Positions 61,604 to 64,000 of a stretch of 64,000 bases of DNA are shown here, in pieces. Source of the stretch: Pseudomonadota bacterium. Its GTDB lineage: Bacteria; Myxococcota; JACRCW01; JAFGSX01. Location of the stretch: assembly GCA_043821645.1 (NCBI GenBank), contig JBDRCO010000113.1, forward strand, positions 151,053 through 215,052, read 5' to 3'. Position 1 is the first letter of the stretch. Each line of letters starts with the position of its first letter. The notes under the pieces are model-generated. The model saw nothing but the letters and a program-made list of their open reading frames with translations, made no database searches and was not told the origin of the DNA. The translations under genes and the position numbers were made by a program.

Positions 61604-62365
61604 ATGAGCCGGACGCGCGGCGAGACCAGCGTGCTCCGGCCAGGACAGCACGTGGCTTACCTGGGAACATACGGAGCTGCAGCGCTGGCCCTCCCCGCGA
61701 CGGTGAATACCGTATCCGCGGAGGATGCCACGCCTGCTGAGCCCACTCGAGCCCCCGCGCATGAAAAGCAGGGGCCCGATCCGGACGCCGAGATCGCACG
61801 CCTGGCCGCCCTGGGCGATGCCCTGGCCTTCGACACCATCGTGCGGACCCATGGCGAGCGCGTGCGCGCGGTGGCCCGGCGCATGCTCGGCGACCCGGCC
61901 GAGGCCGAGGACCTGTCACAGGAAGTGTTCGTGTCGGTGTACAGCGCCATCCACAGCTTTCGCGGCGAGGCCAAGCTGTCGACCTGGATCCTGCGCATCA
62001 CCCGCAACCACTGCCTCAACCGCATCAAGTCCTGGCGCCGACGGCGCGCCGGGCAGGACCGTCTGACCCACGACGTCGAGAGCCTGGGCTCCTGGCCTGG
62101 TGTGTCGGCGCCCACCCAGGGACCTGAGAAGAACCTGCTCAGCCGCGAGGTCCAGGGCCAGGTGCAGCACGCCATCGCCGAGTTGCCCGCGGAACAGAGG
62201 TGGCTGGTGGTGCTCAGGGACATCGAGGGTCTGGACTATGACGAGATCGCCGCGACCACGGGTCTGCCCCTGGGCACCGTGAAGTCGCGCCTGCATCGCG
62301 CCCGGGAACGCCTGGCCACACGCCTGGCACCGGTCGCCCGCGCCCAGCGGGGGAGCAGCTCATGA
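61604..62365 (+). CDS. ECF sigma factor (RpoE-like)
   Basis: AEDLSQEVF, FRGEAKLSTWI, YDEIA..G.PLGTVKSRLHRAR. Start position uncertain. Confidence 0.92.
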   Translation: MSRTRGETSVLRPGQHVAYLGTYGAAALALPATVNTVSAEDATPAEPTRAPAHEKQGPDPDAEIARLAALGDALAFDTIVRTHGERVRAVARRMLGDPAEAEDLSQEVFVSVYSAIHSFRGEAKLSTWILRITRNHCLNRIKSWRRRRAGQDRLTHDVESLGSWPGVSAPTQGPEKNLLSREVQGQVQHAIAELPAEQRWLVVLRDIEGLDYDEIAATTGLPLGTVKSRLHRARERLATRLAPVARAQRGSSS

Positions 62366-63009
62366 CCCAGCACCGCACGCCGGACCGCAGCCTATTCTCG
62401 TCGCGCGTCGACGGTGATCTCGACGGCAACACGGCCCGCGCCTTTGACCAGGATCTGGCCGAGAATCCGGATCTGGCCGACGAGTTCGAGACCTTTGCCG
62501 AGGTCATCCACCTGCTCAATGTCCTGCCTCGGCCCGAGGCGGATCCCGATTTCGCCCTCAAGGTGCAGCGTCGCATCCGCCGCCGCCAGCGTGGGCGTCG
62601 CCGCGCGCGTCATACCACGACCGTGGCACCGGCCCTGGGCAGCCTGGGTACGGCCATCGCTCTGCTGATCGTGGTCGGGGTGGGCCTGATGACACAGCCC
62701 CTCAACTTGCCAGTGTCTGAGCCTGCCACCACCAGCGCCCGCGGGCCCTCCGCGGCCACCGTGGCCCTCGTCGCGGGCCTCGACGTGGCTCCGGCTGCGC
62801 TGGCCCAGGTCCTGGCAGAGGCAGCCGCCCGGGGACTCATACGGTCCTGGAAGCCGGGCGACACCGCGGGTGTGTTCACGGTTATCATCGACGAGACCCA
62901 GCTCGCCGTGGCCCTGGATCTGCTCGGCAGCGGCACACCCTTGCACCTGGGCGCCGCCTCGGCTGGTGCCCGCGCCACCCTGCACATCACCGTGCGACCG
63001 GCGGGCTGA
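62362..63009 (+). CDS. Putative transmembrane anti-sigma factor
   Basis: S..VDGDL anti-sigma-like N-terminus, one TM helix; ATGA overlap with the sigma gene. Confidence 0.75.
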   Translation: MTQHRTPDRSLFSSRVDGDLDGNTARAFDQDLAENPDLADEFETFAEVIHLLNVLPRPEADPDFALKVQRRIRRRQRGRRRARHTTTVAPALGSLGTAIALLIVVGVGLMTQPLNLPVSEPATTSARGPSAATVALVAGLDVAPAALAQVLAEAAARGLIRSWKPGDTAGVFTVIIDETQLAVALDLLGSGTPLHLGAASAGARATLHITVRPAG

Positions 63010-63088
63010 CATGCTATAGCTCCTGGCAGGAGCACCGGGCGCCGCAGTCCACGACTTTTTCCGTCGTCACGGCGCGCGTCTGCACAGC

Positions 63089-63949
63089 ATGAGCAGCGAC
63101 ACGGACCTGCACCCCGCCCCGCTCGCTGGGGCTGATCTCGTCGTCATCCGCCCCAGCACGGGCTGGGTGCCGGTGAACCTGCGCGCGCTGTGGGCCTACC
63201 GGGAGCTGCTGGTCTTCCTGGCCTGGCGAGACATCAGCGTGCGCTACAAGCAGACCGTGCTCGGCGCCCTGTGGGCCATCATCCAGCCCTTCTTCTCGAT
63301 GGTGGTGTTCACCCTGTTCTTCGGCACCCTGGCCAAGATCCCGTCGGACGGCGTGCCTTACCCCGTGTTCAGCTACGCCGCCCTGCTGCCCTGGACCTAC
63401 TTCGCGGCCGCGGTGTCGCGCTCCTCGAACAGCCTGGTGGGCAGCCAGAACCTCCTGACCAAGGTGTACTTTCCACGCCTGGTCATCCCGCTGTCGTCGG
63501 TGCTGCCGCCGCTGGTCGACTTCTGCATCGCCTTCACGGTGCTCATCGGGCTCCTGATCTATTACGGGATCGCCCCGACCATAAATGTGGTGTGGCTTCC
63601 GGCTTTTCTGCTGCTGGCCATGGTCACGGCCCTTGCGGTCGGTCTGTGGCTGAGCGCCCTCAATGTCGAGTACCGCGACGTGGCTCACACCCTGCCGTTC
63701 ATGGTGCAGCTGTGGCTGTTCGCGTCGCCGGTGACCTACCCCACCAGCATGATTCCGGAGCGCTGGCACAGCCTGTACGCGCTCAACCCCATGACAGGCG
63801 TGATCGAGGGCTTTCGCTGGGCCCTGCTCGGCACGGGCCAGCCGCCCGGCCCCGTGACCCTGGTGTCGACCAGCGTGACCTTGCTGTTGCTCGTCGGTGG
63901 CGCGTACTATTTCAGGCGCACCGAGCGCACCTTCGCGGACCGCGTGTGA
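63089..63949 (+). CDS. wzm: ABC-2 transporter permease (Wzm, polysaccharide export)
   Basis: LWAYRELL, RYKQTVLG..WA, KVYFPR, YRDV, LNPM. Confidence 0.9.
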   Translation: MSSDTDLHPAPLAGADLVVIRPSTGWVPVNLRALWAYRELLVFLAWRDISVRYKQTVLGALWAIIQPFFSMVVFTLFFGTLAKIPSDGVPYPVFSYAALLPWTYFAAAVSRSSNSLVGSQNLLTKVYFPRLVIPLSSVLPPLVDFCIAFTVLIGLLIYYGIAPTINVVWLPAFLLLAMVTALAVGLWLSALNVEYRDVAHTLPFMVQLWLFASPVTYPTSMIPERWHSLYALNPMTGVIEGFRWALLGTGQPPGPVTLVSTSVTLLLLVGGAYYFRRTERTFADRV

Positions 63950-63956
63950 GGAGAGC

Positions 63957-64000
63957 GTGACCCAGCCCGCCATACAGGTCCGGGGACTCGGCAAGCGCTT
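63957..64000 (+). CDS. wzt: ABC transporter ATP-binding subunit (Wzt-like), 3' partial
   Basis: GAGGAG RBS, then VTQPAIQVRGLGKR directly after wzm. Confidence 0.65.
   Translation, partial: MTQPAIQVRGLGKR

Overview
High-GC chromosomal window from a Myxococcota-like bacterium, judged from MYXO-CTERM tails, Cys-rich lipoproteins and an ECF/anti-sigma/caspase module. It contains a CusBA-type metal efflux pump with a sigma54 two-component system, pta, lysC-lysA, udg, a frameshifted nfeD, an Hsp70 paralog, the tRNA-Leu-tig-clpP-clpX-lon-tRNA-Val block, rpsB-tsf, rpoZ-rsmA, panB-smpB, a matrixin surface-protease cluster, a GT39 region, an ECF pair and the start of wzm/wzt. The best novelty candidates are: (1) a possible RiPP-like locus made of a repeat-core peptide, a divergent NadE-like ATP pyrophosphatase, a small acidic protein and a SagB-type dehydrogenase (21.0-23.9 kb); (2) a bacterial Janus/Ocnus (PHPT1-like) phosphohistidine phosphatase homolog; (3) a matrixin whose MYXO-CTERM tail runs in-frame into a second signal peptide and a possible TIMP-like domain; (4) two copies of a structured intergenic element whose stems covary. 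All calls come from reading motifs by eye; no database searches were run.
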